A DNA stretch of 46,824 bases from positions 1 to 46,824 of the IMG/VR virus record IMGVR_UViG_3300020156_000003; one strand, 5' to 3'. The notes beneath the pieces were generated by a model that did not search any database, was not told where the DNA came from, and saw only the letters and a program-made list of their open reading frames with translations. How positions within the stretch are numbered: position 1 is the first letter of the stretch; each line of letters opens with the position of its first letter. The translations under genes and the position numbers were made by a program. Below are positions 33,801-43,367 of the stretch, one piece after another. This DNA comes from a virus (lineage: Duplodnaviria > Heunggongvirae > Uroviricota > Caudoviricetes).

Positions 33801-35058
33801 ACGCGAGCTGCTGGAAGTGGGGCGTTCGGTCGACGTTGCCGTGGGCATCATCGGCAATGAGCGAAACCTCCAAGACCTGCGCATCGCCACAATTCGCAAT
33901 GCCCGCGAGAGGATCGGCGCCGAACATCAGCGCGAGATTGCTGACGTACAGGCGAAATACAGCTTCTTGATCAGCAAGGCAAAGGAGAATTCGGCCGAGC
34001 GCGTCCGCCTTGAGCAGCAGATGGCCGAGGAGATTCGCCTTACCAATGAGCGTCTGGTGATTGCGTTGGAGTCGCCGCTGGACAGAATGTCGCGCGATTG
34101 GGAGGACACCTACGAGGCGATCTCCCAGGCGCAGGCAAATTGGGGCGAGGGCTTCGTCGACATGCTGACCGCCAATCTCGGCAAGGGCCGAATGGAGGTC
34201 GGCGCGTTCGTACGCGGCGTGCTGCAAGACATCGTCAACGCCAAGCTGAAAGAGCAATTGGCGCTTCCGTTGAACAACATCCTGTCGAGCGCCGGCGGCG
34301 CGCTGATGGGCGGACTGTTTGCGCCGCCTGTCAAGGCGGCTACCGACGAGACGGTTGCCGAGTCGGCCCGTTTGCTGGCGATGAACGCCGCCGCGGAGAA
34401 GGCGACCGAAGGGCTGGCTGACGTTGCCAGCAAGGGCGCGGCCGAGGCGGTCAAGGGCGCGGTGATGTCGGGCATGTCTGACGCTAAGGCGGCCGGCACT
34501 GCGGAAGTGCTGTCGATGTCCTTCATGAAGACGACCTCGGCGGCCGAAATGCTGGCACTGGCGCTGCAACAGGCGGCATCGGCCGCGGGCGGCAACGCGG
34601 GCGGCAGCCTGGTCAGCGGCCTGCTAGGCGGCATGGGCGCGGCCGACTATGTTAGCGGCGGCACCGCCGGCGCAAGCTGGACGTCCGGCTTTGACCTGAC
34701 CGGCTTTGCCAATGGCGGGATCATGACCGGCCTGGGGCCGGTGCAGTTGCGCAAGTACGCCAATGGCGGCATCGCCAACTCCCCGCAACTGGCACTGTAT
34801 GGCGAAGGCTCGATGCATGAAGCGTATGTGCCGCTGCCGGACGGCCGCTCGATTCCCGTGACCATGCGGGGCGGGCAGCAAGCGCCCGAGGCACCCTCTG
34901 TAACGGTCAACGTGATCAACCAGAGCGGCCAACAGGTCAACGCGCAGCAGGGCAACCTGCGCTTCGATGGCAAGGGCTATATTCTCGACGTGGTGATGAC
35001 CGCGGCCAACGCCCCCGGCCCGTTTCGCGACAACCTGAAGAATGCTGTGAAAGGATAA
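30880..35058 (+). CDS. Tape measure protein, about 1392 aa
   Basis: Ala-rich helical protein; tape-measure motif QMGGKGKISMEELRQQIGEAVP; FANGGI...GEGSMHEAYVPL C-terminus. Confidence 0.9.
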   Translation: MAIGKEIKVVLSLDKDGFSVGLRDANGQLKTIAKQMEQTSGSVKRMEDHMHSFGQKMHRTVMTLGMARFALMDVHDIFLAFPKAVLKTGGEVERLTKLMEGLSSETDKVKKKAEALANTKFLFNMAQNAPFEVKAIGDAFVKLKTGGLDPTNGSLQALIDGVSRFGGTSDHLHRASIAIQQMGGKGKISMEELRQQIGEAVPNAMEAMAQGFDMTVAELDKAVSKGTVSAAQGLKKMLTVMGIQNAGAAAEMMGTWTGMLEQLKTKWELFKLDIGGSGMFDTSKAALQELLDAFNGEQSGDFARSIGRTMNDIALSIINATKTVVEFREEIGSAAKMFVIYWGAAKAAGALAAIKGQFDSLRATQAMSAAWTQAYAENQARSKAAWAAANAAGVNKVIVENQREIAAEKAKTAALHTEQLRQLRNQIATNEAILAANRKRILEAQLLEQEVARSAAVRAVAAGTANAAQDLEAQVLMRKAEQARNAADQAGEYSKRLAEQTVALQNQRAALENSKRAISDKARALMGLNGHLRMAVEAHKEQAAAITKANTAMGLMGSAAQTVIGGIRNMLSGMNGLIIAIMAVAYAWDFFSSKAKKAAEDAQYALNIKDMAERQQTNKESIEGTERQIAKDRSKVDANNVEIALEKSNPLYHHKKEGAAMRARVEALEADNKKLLKAISDAEQGLAAGKKDFEERTVQSRAYELQTAADTKALKAIDKLQGDRSKIVEEFKKKTAPSTAETEAYKKSLRAKDVEILEAQRTSLLASAEEYRKLAQDAEKTEIQKQSYLAAAAGLDKRRADLAENIKSRTEDFNPMAGKDDKDKGKGLTPTDDLLSAIARDKRKLTDATQEMDKLNGEIVDVAALRKQANEQVAQIVELDRHRKIVHKPEDVALAEKLRFENLMIEDALKLQSAIVPKVEEQRERLRQLQERIASGDYRERPVSEDEKMLAMLERRKASLADAAAAMDPVIAKQRELLEVGRSVDVAVGIIGNERNLQDLRIATIRNARERIGAEHQREIADVQAKYSFLISKAKENSAERVRLEQQMAEEIRLTNERLVIALESPLDRMSRDWEDTYEAISQAQANWGEGFVDMLTANLGKGRMEVGAFVRGVLQDIVNAKLKEQLALPLNNILSSAGGALMGGLFAPPVKAATDETVAESARLLAMNAAAEKATEGLADVASKGAAEAVKGAVMSGMSDAKAAGTAEVLSMSFMKTTSAAEMLALALQQAASAAGGNAGGSLVSGLLGGMGAADYVSGGTAGASWTSGFDLTGFANGGIMTGLGPVQLRKYANGGIANSPQLALYGEGSMHEAYVPLPDGRSIPVTMRGGQQAPEAPSVTVNVINQSGQQVNAQQGNLRFDGKGYILDVVMTAANAPGPFRDNLKNAVKG

Positions 35059-35061
35059 CTG

Positions 35062-35433
35062 ATGCCGAACCCCGTTTTCCCGACCCTGGCCCTGACCAAC
35101 GGCGGCCAGGACTCGAAGGTCTACAACGTCGAGCAGGAGGATCCCGCGCTCAAGTCCGACCTGGAGGGTGGCTACGTGGTGTCGCGGGCAAAACATACCC
35201 GCAAGCCGCGCAAGACCTTCACCACCGGCTACCGCGCCGTCTCGGACGCAGACCGCAAGATGCTCCAAAACTTCTACGATACCGTGCGCGGCGGCGCCGT
35301 CATCTTCGATTGGACGGATCCGGTGGACGGCATCGTCTATCAAGTGCGCTTCGTGGAAAAGTTGCAATGGAAATATGTCGGCATTGGCGAGGCGAAGCTG
35401 TGGGACGTGCAATTCCGCGTCCAGCAGGCGTGA
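35062..35433 (+). CDS. Distal tail protein (lambda gpM-like)
   Basis: Follows TMP; GGAVIFDWTDP motif. Confidence 0.75.
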   Translation: MPNPVFPTLALTNGGQDSKVYNVEQEDPALKSDLEGGYVVSRAKHTRKPRKTFTTGYRAVSDADRKMLQNFYDTVRGGAVIFDWTDPVDGIVYQVRFVEKLQWKYVGIGEAKLWDVQFRVQQA

Positions 35434-35437
35434 TCGG

Positions 35438-35466
35438 TTGATAAGTCATAAGTGACTTAGTATAAT
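35438..35466 (+). promoter_or_regulatory. Near-consensus promoter with a perfect operator in the spacer
   Basis: TTGATA-17-TATAAT; TAAGTCA-taag-TGACTTA at 35442-35459. Confidence 0.85.
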
Positions 35467-35477
35467 CCACAGTCACT

Positions 35478-36110
35478 ATGAGCAAATCCCTATCCGTCGC
35501 AAGCGTCATCGAGAAGAACCGGCTGTCCTCGGACACGCCCTGGCTGATCACGCTCGACATCGACGTAATTGATCCCGCCACCGGCGACAAGGTCGAGACG
35601 ATCTACTTGGTGCGCAACACCGAGCCGATTACCTTCAACGGCCACGCCTACCAGCCCGCATCCTTCGACATCGAACTGAAGGAGGAGAGCGGCAGCCAGC
35701 AGACCGTCAAGCTGTCCATCAAGGATTACAGCAAGGCGGTGCAGGCCAAGATGCAGCAGTACGCCGGCGGCGTCGGGTTTCATGTCGCGGTCATGGTGGT
35801 CAACGCCGGCAACCTCGACGCGCCGCCGGAGATCGTCGAGAACTTCGAGGTCATCGGCGCCTCGTCGGCCAATTACGTCTGCTCGTTCTCCCTCGGCGCG
35901 GAGAACGCGCTGACCAAGACCTTTCCGCGCCGCCGGCAGACCCGCGACTTTTGTCAGTGGCGCTACAAGGGCGAGCAGTGCGGCTATAGCGGCCCGATGC
36001 AGTCCTGCGACCTGACGCTGGCTGGCCCGAACGGCTGCAAGGCGCACAACAACACGATTCGCTTTGGCGCCTTCCCCGGTATCAATACGCGGGATGTCAA
36101 CTATGGCTGA
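35478..36110 (+). CDS. Minor tail protein (lambda gpL-like)
   Basis: CQWRYKGEQCGY...C...GC...RFGAFPG cysteine pattern. Confidence 0.85.
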   Translation: MSKSLSVASVIEKNRLSSDTPWLITLDIDVIDPATGDKVETIYLVRNTEPITFNGHAYQPASFDIELKEESGSQQTVKLSIKDYSKAVQAKMQQYAGGVGFHVAVMVVNAGNLDAPPEIVENFEVIGASSANYVCSFSLGAENALTKTFPRRRQTRDFCQWRYKGEQCGYSGPMQSCDLTLAGPNGCKAHNNTIRFGAFPGINTRDVNYG

Positions 36111-36495
36111 TTTTGCCGATTTGATCGGTGTGCCGTTTGAGTACGGGGGCCGCGGCCCCGACACGTTCGATTGCTATGGGCTGGTGCTGGAGATGGCGCG
36201 GCGCGACGGCAAGGCGCTGCCGGACTTCGGTGACGGCGCTGACTGGATGCTGCCCGGTAAGCAGAACCGGGTGGCGGCCATGATGGGCGCCTCGATGCCG
36301 CAATGGAAACAGATTGAAAGCCGACCTGGCGCCGTGGTGCTGATTCGCATCGGGCGCTTCGTGTCGCATGTGGCCTATCAGATCGACCACTACCGCATGA
36401 TCCACGCGTGGGATCAGAGCAACGGCGTGTCGATCGTGAAGATTGATGAATGGCGGCACCGGATTGTGGGGTTCTACGAGTATGTCGGAAACTAA
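36103..36495 (+). CDS. NlpC/P60 tail-tip protein (gpK C-terminal-like)
   Basis: GVPFEYGGRGPDTFDCYGL...HVAY...MIHA. Confidence 0.85.
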   Translation: MADFADLIGVPFEYGGRGPDTFDCYGLVLEMARRDGKALPDFGDGADWMLPGKQNRVAAMMGASMPQWKQIESRPGAVVLIRIGRFVSHVAYQIDHYRMIHAWDQSNGVSIVKIDEWRHRIVGFYEYVGN

Positions 36496-39400
36496 GAAGC
36501 GGCGCAGCAAGCGCAACACGATGGATGGCACGTCGCGCAGTCTCGCGCAGCGTCACATGATTCCGGTCATCCGTGTTACCAATCCGTTCGATCCGCGTCA
36601 ATTCGTGCGCGAGGAGCTGGCCTGGTCGCCGACCAAGACGCTGGCGGAATACTTCCCGCTGTCGCCGACTTCGCTGGTGATTTCGGTCAACGGAAAAATC
36701 ATTCCGAAAGAGCGGCAGGCTGTCACCTATCTGGACAAGACCGACAATGTGGTCGCTTGTCCGGTGCCGGCCGGCGGCGATGACGACGGCAAGGGTATTT
36801 TGTCGATGGTGGCGATGATCGCGGTAGCGGTGTTCGCTCCGTACGCGGCCGGCTCGATCGCCAGCACAATGGGCGTCTCATCCACGATTGGCGTCGGCTT
36901 GATCAAGGCTGGCGTCATCATGGCGGGCAGCCTGCTGGTGCATTCGATCTTTGCCCCCTCCAAGAAGTCCGACACCAAGGATTCGCAGACCTACGGCATC
37001 GACGGCGCCAAGAACACTGCGCTGGAGGGCATTCCGGTGCCACTGTGCTACGGCCGGTTCCGCATGGCCGGCAACATCGTCGGTTTGTACATCGAAAACG
37101 ATGGCGATACCCAACACGCCTACATGCTGATCAATGCTGGCGAGGGGCCGATCGCGTCCATTTCCGACATCGAGATCAACGACAATCCGCTATCCGACTA
37201 CAAGGACGTCGAGATCGAGACGCGCCTTGGTACGGCAAACCAGACGCCGATCCCTTGGTTTGCCGACACTGTCGTTCCGAACAACCTGAACCTGAAGCTG
37301 ACGACCGACTGGATCCATTACACGACGGCGGGCAGCGTGGACAAGGTGCGCATTGACATTGTCGCCCCGATGGGACTGGCCTCGATCGACAAGAAGAAGG
37401 GCGGCACGCGCGAGCGTCACGTCGATCTGGAGATGGAGTACCGCGCAGCCGGCAGCAACGCCACCTGGGCGCCGATCCCCAAAGTGTCGGAAGTGATCAA
37501 TTCGCGGACGGTGCGGGTGCTAGGTGTCGCCGATGAGTTTGCGGACACCCATATCTTCTCCGAGGGGCGCGTTTATCGCCTGGTCAACAACGGCGCCGGC
37601 GAGACATCCTGGCTGCCGGAAACCGCGCCGATCAAACTCAAGTACGCCTACGACGACACTGGCGTTGTGGTGTCGGATACCTCGGAGCTGGAGTATCTGC
37701 GGGAGCATGTCAGCTCGCTGACGACTGCCTGGACAGGCGGGGCGGACGCCGGACAGTCCACGACTTACGGCACGATTCCGGTGTACGGCGCCGTGACACG
37801 CATCTCCGGCAATAGTCGCAATCCTGTGCGTAAGTCCTTTTCGTCCGGGGTTTTGGCGAAGGGCAAGTACGAGTTCCGGATCCGCCGGCCGCAGCCGCCC
37901 GAAAGCAAGACCGATCCGAACGTGCTTGACGAGCTGGCGGTGACGGACATCAACGAGATCACGCTGGATGATGTCGCCTACGCCAACACGGCGCTCGTCG
38001 GCGTCAAGATTCGGCTCACCGACCAGCTCAACGGCATCCCCAAGGTCACGTTTATCAACGGCGGCAAGATCGTCAAGATTTACGGCAAGCCGACGCCGGC
38101 CGCTGCGGAGCAGTGGTACGAGGGGCCGAGCGACAGTCCCGCCTGGGTGACGTGGGACATGCTCACGCACTCCCGCTACGGTGGCGGTATGGCCGAAGCC
38201 CGCATGGATTTCCGCGCCTGGAAGAATTGGGCGCAGCATTGCGTGGACAAGAACCTGACCTTCAACGGCGTGCTCGATACCGAGCAGACGGTATGGGACG
38301 CCACGCAGCCGGTCTTGCGCTGCGGTCATGCGCAGATCGTCAACGTCGGAACCCGCTTTTCGGTGGTCGTGGAAAAGGCGACCGATCCGGTGATGATGTT
38401 CTCGGTCGCCAACATGATCGAGGGCAGCTATAAGGAAACCTGGCTTGGCACCGCCGATCGCGCCAACGAGGTCGATGTCACCTTCTACGACAAGACCGAC
38501 AAGTACAAGGCGCGCACCATCAAGGTCTACGACCCGGCCGTGATCGCCTCGGGCGCCAAGCAGCGCACGTCTGCTGTCACGCTGCTTGGCGTGGACAATC
38601 ACGAAACGGCGCTGAAGGAAGGGCAGTTCCTACTTAACCTGAACCGCAAGATCCTCAAGACGGTCGAGTTCTCGGCGCCGCTCGAAGCGGTCGCCTGCAC
38701 CGTGGGCGATGTCGTGCTGGTGCAGAACGACATGACCGATTGGGCGGTCGCAGGACGCTTCGAGGCCGGCTCCACTAGCTCGCAGGTCAAGCTCGACCGC
38801 GATGTGACGATGGAAGCGGGCAAGCAGTACAAGCTGCTGGCGATGATGGATGCGGTACAGCGCTTCTCTGGCGTGGTGTCACAGGTCATTGGCACGTCCG
38901 TATTTCTGCCTGGCTTCACCGGCCAGCAAACGGTCAAGCGCCTGCAAGCGAACGGACGCGACGTGCGCGTCACGGACACGTTCCAGGGCGGCGTGATCGT
39001 CGAGGATGCTACCGGCCTCGCTGCCGGCACGGCGGTGAGTCTGTGGGATACCGACGTGATCGAGGAGCGCGGGGTGGTCAACGCCGGCGGGACTTCGTCC
39101 GTCCTCACGCTTCAGTCGCCGCTGACTTATGCGCCGGAGCAGTTTGCGAATTGGATGTTCGGCGAGACGACTAAGGTCAAGTCGCCATTCCGCATTAAAT
39201 CGATCACCGGCAGTCACGAATATAAGCGCGACATCACGGCCCTGCAATACGACCCCGAGGTCTATGACTTCGACCGCTACGGCAGCGGCGCGCTGCCTAT
39301 CTTCACGCCGACGACCGCGGCCATCGGTCATGTCGGCAATCTGAGCGCCTACGAGGAGACGTACGTCGCCGGCGAGCAGATCGTGTCGAAGGTGTCGGTC

Positions 39401-41362
39401 GGCTGGATGGCTCCGCTGGTGGGCAACTACGGCGGGGCGGACGTACTGGTCAGGCGCACGGAGGCTGATGGTTTCGAGAAGGTCGCCAGCGTCTCGTTCC
39501 GTACGTCGACCACCATTGCCGCGCAGCGCGACGAGACACTGGCGATCAAGGTGGTCGCCTTCGATGTGTACGGCAAGCGGGCCAGCGCGGAAACGGCGCC
39601 GGTGGTTTCTATTACGGTCAAGGGTGAAGTGCCCGACCTGGACGTGGGCGATGTTACCGGCGCTGATTTGTACTGGAGCGGCCGTGACTGCAAGATTTCC
39701 TGGCGCTACAACGCGACCACGCACGCCTACGAGTTCGGCTCCGAACCGACCGGCGGTGATGCTGGCGCCCTGGATCCGCACTTCAAAGACTACGAAATCC
39801 GCGTCTACAATCAGGACAAAACGGTGCTGCGCCGTACCGAATACACCACGGACAGCAGCTACACCTATACCTACGACAAGAACCACGCCGACGGCCTGGC
39901 GCGCTACCTGACGTTTGAAGTCCGGATGCGCGACAAATTTAACAACCTCGGCAAGCCGGCCGAGCTGGACGCCTACAATCCGCCGCCGCAGGTGACGGCC
40001 GTTCTCGCTCAGTCCTCGTTCGACTCGGTCAATGTCGCATACTCGCACGATAATGCGGCCGACTTTGCCGGCGCGATCATCTGGATCTCCGACCTGGCGT
40101 CGGATCTGGCGAACGCGAACAGTATCGACGCGGCATTCAAGCGCTATGAGGGGCCGGACACATCGGTGCCGATTGGCGGCCTGGCCGCCAACAAGGATTA
40201 CTTCTACCGCATCGCCGCCTACGACGCCTTCGGCCCGACCGAGCTGCTGCCGACGCCGGTACAAACCTTCAAGACGACCTTCCTCGACATCGAGGCTATC
40301 GCCGACGGCGTGCTTGGCGACTCCAAGCTGATTCCGGCGCTGAAGGAGCGCATTGACCTGATCGATGCCGACGAGTTCGTCGCCGACAGCGTCAACGCCC
40401 GCATCAACCATCTGCGCGAAGACGTGTTTGAGGGCGAGAACGGACTGCCGGCGGCAATGGCGAAGATCATCGCGATCGACGACGTGTCGGCAACCAGTAC
40501 ATCTGCCAACGCCAAGTCCCTGTATGAGCTGAAGGCGCAGGTGAACGATCCTGAGACGGGTCTGCCGGTGGCGCTCGCGCAGATCGACGAACTGAACAAC
40601 ACCAGCGCCAGCAGCACGTCCGCCCTGGCCCAATATGCGCGCCAGTTGCGCTCGCGCATGGATAACGTGGGCGGCGTCACGCTTGAGCAGGCAATGGAGA
40701 CGCAGGCCGACATCAACGGCACGCTGGGCGGGCAGTACACGGTCAAGATGGAAACCGACGCCGGCGGCACCACTTACGCCGCGGGCTTTGGCCTTGCCAT
40801 GAACTCGGACGGCACACCGGGCGGCACGTCCTCCGAATTCATCGTGCGGGTGGACAAATTTGCCGTCATTCACCCGCTGCACCAAAACCTGCGCCCGTTC
40901 ACCATCGGCACGGTCAACGGCCAGCCTGGCAAGGTGATCATCGACAGCGCCATCATCGGCGACGCCAATATCGGCACGCTCAAGATCAACGGCGACGCCG
41001 TCACGGTGCCGATCACCGCGACGCAGTCGTGGCTGCCCAACCGCCTGGGCGGCACTGGCGTGAACAACTGGCAGCAGATCAACAAGGTCAAGATTGTGCT
41101 GGATCAGCCAGGCATCGTGTATGCGATGGCGACGATTTCCCAAAACTTTGGCACTGGCGTGCGCCATTGGGAGGCGCAATTGCTGATCGACGGCGTGCTC
41201 GGGCCACACATCGGCGGCGAAGTGGTTGAAACCGGCCCCGCGCTATCGATGTCGCGCATGTGCGCGGCCGGCACGCACGAAGTAACGGTGAAGTGGTTTG
41301 GCAAAGACGAAGGGGTGGGTGTGTATTCCTGTGAACTGTTTGTGATGGGGGCGAAGCGATGA
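36482..41362 (+). CDS. Central tail fibre / tip attachment protein (gpJ-like, with gpI-like N-terminus)
   Basis: IPVPLCYG, INAGEGPI, PAWVTWD, FNGVLD, GDVVLV, FGLA...FIVRVDKFAV motifs; exact start uncertain. Confidence 0.9.
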   Translation: MSETKKRRSKRNTMDGTSRSLAQRHMIPVIRVTNPFDPRQFVREELAWSPTKTLAEYFPLSPTSLVISVNGKIIPKERQAVTYLDKTDNVVACPVPAGGDDDGKGILSMVAMIAVAVFAPYAAGSIASTMGVSSTIGVGLIKAGVIMAGSLLVHSIFAPSKKSDTKDSQTYGIDGAKNTALEGIPVPLCYGRFRMAGNIVGLYIENDGDTQHAYMLINAGEGPIASISDIEINDNPLSDYKDVEIETRLGTANQTPIPWFADTVVPNNLNLKLTTDWIHYTTAGSVDKVRIDIVAPMGLASIDKKKGGTRERHVDLEMEYRAAGSNATWAPIPKVSEVINSRTVRVLGVADEFADTHIFSEGRVYRLVNNGAGETSWLPETAPIKLKYAYDDTGVVVSDTSELEYLREHVSSLTTAWTGGADAGQSTTYGTIPVYGAVTRISGNSRNPVRKSFSSGVLAKGKYEFRIRRPQPPESKTDPNVLDELAVTDINEITLDDVAYANTALVGVKIRLTDQLNGIPKVTFINGGKIVKIYGKPTPAAAEQWYEGPSDSPAWVTWDMLTHSRYGGGMAEARMDFRAWKNWAQHCVDKNLTFNGVLDTEQTVWDATQPVLRCGHAQIVNVGTRFSVVVEKATDPVMMFSVANMIEGSYKETWLGTADRANEVDVTFYDKTDKYKARTIKVYDPAVIASGAKQRTSAVTLLGVDNHETALKEGQFLLNLNRKILKTVEFSAPLEAVACTVGDVVLVQNDMTDWAVAGRFEAGSTSSQVKLDRDVTMEAGKQYKLLAMMDAVQRFSGVVSQVIGTSVFLPGFTGQQTVKRLQANGRDVRVTDTFQGGVIVEDATGLAAGTAVSLWDTDVIEERGVVNAGGTSSVLTLQSPLTYAPEQFANWMFGETTKVKSPFRIKSITGSHEYKRDITALQYDPEVYDFDRYGSGALPIFTPTTAAIGHVGNLSAYEETYVAGEQIVSKVSVGWMAPLVGNYGGADVLVRRTEADGFEKVASVSFRTSTTIAAQRDETLAIKVVAFDVYGKRASAETAPVVSITVKGEVPDLDVGDVTGADLYWSGRDCKISWRYNATTHAYEFGSEPTGGDAGALDPHFKDYEIRVYNQDKTVLRRTEYTTDSSYTYTYDKNHADGLARYLTFEVRMRDKFNNLGKPAELDAYNPPPQVTAVLAQSSFDSVNVAYSHDNAADFAGAIIWISDLASDLANANSIDAAFKRYEGPDTSVPIGGLAANKDYFYRIAAYDAFGPTELLPTPVQTFKTTFLDIEAIADGVLGDSKLIPALKERIDLIDADEFVADSVNARINHLREDVFEGENGLPAAMAKIIAIDDVSATSTSANAKSLYELKAQVNDPETGLPVALAQIDELNNTSASSTSALAQYARQLRSRMDNVGGVTLEQAMETQADINGTLGGQYTVKMETDAGGTTYAAGFGLAMNSDGTPGGTSSEFIVRVDKFAVIHPLHQNLRPFTIGTVNGQPGKVIIDSAIIGDANIGTLKINGDAVTVPITATQSWLPNRLGGTGVNNWQQINKVKIVLDQPGIVYAMATISQNFGTGVRHWEAQLLIDGVLGPHIGGEVVETGPALSMSRMCAAGTHEVTVKWFGKDEGVGVYSCELFVMGAKR

Positions 41363-41778
41363 TTCAGTGGACGCTTTATAACACGGCAACCGGCGCGGTA
41401 ATTCGCACCGGCAGCGCGATGACGGTCGAGCAGGCGAACGCGCAGGTCGAGCCAGGAACGAACATCGTAATGCAGAACCTCAACCCTGCCACGCAGGTTG
41501 TGACGGGCACCACCCCGACGCCACGACAGACGCAGTCGTGCGTGGCGAACAAGACGACCTTTACGGCCAACGGCACCGATTTCGTGTCGATTTCGCCGGT
41601 TGAGGCGGGCGCACTGGTGACGATCACGCCGCCGACGGGTGTCGGCATTGAGCCGATTCCGACACAGGCGATCAATGATGGCGTGCTGGAAATCACGACG
41701 ACGGTGGCCGGCACCTACAAGGTGGTGATTTCCAAATTCCCGAAACAAGACTTTGTGGTGAACCTGAATGCGAATTAA
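41359..41778 (+). CDS. Tail-associated hypothetical protein
   Basis: ATGA overlap; beta-rich composition. Confidence 0.65.
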   Translation: MIQWTLYNTATGAVIRTGSAMTVEQANAQVEPGTNIVMQNLNPATQVVTGTTPTPRQTQSCVANKTTFTANGTDFVSISPVEAGALVTITPPTGVGIEPIPTQAINDGVLEITTTVAGTYKVVISKFPKQDFVVNLNAN

Positions 41779-43309
41779 CATCCGCCCCGTATCAGCTCCT
41801 GACATCACTGGGGTAACAGCTTCGTCCGGCATTCGCCTGGTCACCTTGCGCTGGACGGTGCCGGCGACGAACGTGGATCATGCGAAAACCGAAATCTGGT
41901 GGTCGAACGTCAACAATCGCGCTGGCGCTACCAAGATCGGCGAGGCGGCAGCTAACGTCTTCGTCCATAACAATGCCGACCCTGCGCAGGTTCATTACTA
42001 CTGGCTGCGTTCGGTCAACGGCTACGGTCGGGCCGATGGCAACTGGACGGCGGCGGTCAGCGCCACGCCCTTGCAGGCGGGGCAGTATGACATCCAGGCC
42101 GGGGCGATCAAGACCAGCCACATGAGCGCCGACTATGTGTACGCCGGCCGCATCAGCGTTGAGCAACTTGATGCCGGGGTAATCACGGCGACCGTCTCAA
42201 TCAACAGCAATGGCTACATCAGGGCGTCCGGCTCCAATACCACGGGTAACTCCGAGGCGGGTGCGGCGTCCGTCTTCGGCAACGCCAACGGCACTGCGAC
42301 GGGAGTGTTCGGTCATAGCGGCACCGGCATGGGGGTGTTCGGCCTGACCGCGGGCGGCAGCTCCCCTGGCACCAAACCGATCGGCGTGCGCGGCGTGGCG
42401 ACAGGAGGAATCTACGGGGTAGGGGTGCAGGGCGAATCGGTCACCGGCTATGGCGTGATCGGCATTACCTCCAATGGCCGCGGCGTGTACGGCGAATCGC
42501 TCTCTACCGGCTATGCAATCTACAGTAACGGCCCCGCGTATGTGTCCGGCCCCTTGACGGTCACAGGTACCATCAACGGCACCGTGTCGTACGCGTCTTC
42601 CGCGGGATCTGCAAGCACGGCGGGGACGGCCACCAATGCGAGCTACGCAACCACGGCAGGTAACTCCATCTCCACATCGAGTCTTTCGGGTGGTCGTTGC
42701 CTGGCTGCTACGAGTAATTCCGGAGAGACGGCGGGCACCTTCACCAACTATGGTTCTGGCAAGGAGCTTCTGTGCGCAGGCGGCAGCCATGCAGCCTATG
42801 CGTTCGCCGGCAAGGGCAAGATTTATGCCGCTGACGGATTCACGGCCTTCACCGGCGCCCACGAATCGCTCATCGACAAAAATAGCGCCTGGGAACCGGG
42901 CGACATCGTCATCGACAAGGCGATCATCCACGCGCCCGATGTCAATAACGCCACGTCGGAGATCGAGCTGTCTTTTGTACCGTGCCAGAAAGGCGCCTTC
43001 GGCGTGATCACTGAGTCGCGCCCGCTTGACCAGTATGTCCTCGTTGGCTACGCCGACTGGTGGCACTATGAGCCGACGCATCTGGTAGCGACCGTCAACG
43101 GGGTAGGCGAGGGCAAGATCAACGTCTGCGGCGAGGCCGGAGCAATAGAAAAGGGCGACCTGATCGTGACATCGTCCATGCCTGGCAAGGGCATGAGGCA
43201 GTCTGACGATCTGGTGCGCTCCTACACGGTCGCCAGGGCGCGGGAATCCGTACAGTTTGACGACCCAACTCAGGTGCGGCAGATCGCCTGCGTATATCTT
43301 TGCGGCTAG
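41768..43309 (+). CDS. Tail fibre/spike with probable C-terminal autocleaving chaperone domain
   Basis: N-terminal FN3-like segment, Gly-rich GVxG repeats, FTGAH...GEGKINVCGE...GDLIVTS..PGKGM C-terminus. Confidence 0.7.
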   Translation: MRINIRPVSAPDITGVTASSGIRLVTLRWTVPATNVDHAKTEIWWSNVNNRAGATKIGEAAANVFVHNNADPAQVHYYWLRSVNGYGRADGNWTAAVSATPLQAGQYDIQAGAIKTSHMSADYVYAGRISVEQLDAGVITATVSINSNGYIRASGSNTTGNSEAGAASVFGNANGTATGVFGHSGTGMGVFGLTAGGSSPGTKPIGVRGVATGGIYGVGVQGESVTGYGVIGITSNGRGVYGESLSTGYAIYSNGPAYVSGPLTVTGTINGTVSYASSAGSASTAGTATNASYATTAGNSISTSSLSGGRCLAATSNSGETAGTFTNYGSGKELLCAGGSHAAYAFAGKGKIYAADGFTAFTGAHESLIDKNSAWEPGDIVIDKAIIHAPDVNNATSEIELSFVPCQKGAFGVITESRPLDQYVLVGYADWWHYEPTHLVATVNGVGEGKINVCGEAGAIEKGDLIVTSSMPGKGMRQSDDLVRSYTVARARESVQFDDPTQVRQIACVYLCG

Positions 43310-43339
43310 TTGTAAGTCACAGATGACTTATGTTAAGAT
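43310..43339 (+). promoter_or_regulatory. Promoter with a perfect operator in the spacer
   Basis: TTGTAA-18-TAAGAT with extended TG; TAAGTCA-caga-TGACTTA at 43313-43330. Confidence 0.8.
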
Positions 43340-43367
43340 GCGGCCAATATTTCGATAGGTGGCGTAC

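Noticed and set aside
38879-41209. 776-aa minus-strand ORF
   Set aside because: Antisense shadow of the gpJ-like gene; other long antisense ORFs (e.g. 20828, 22008, 24746) rejected for the same reason
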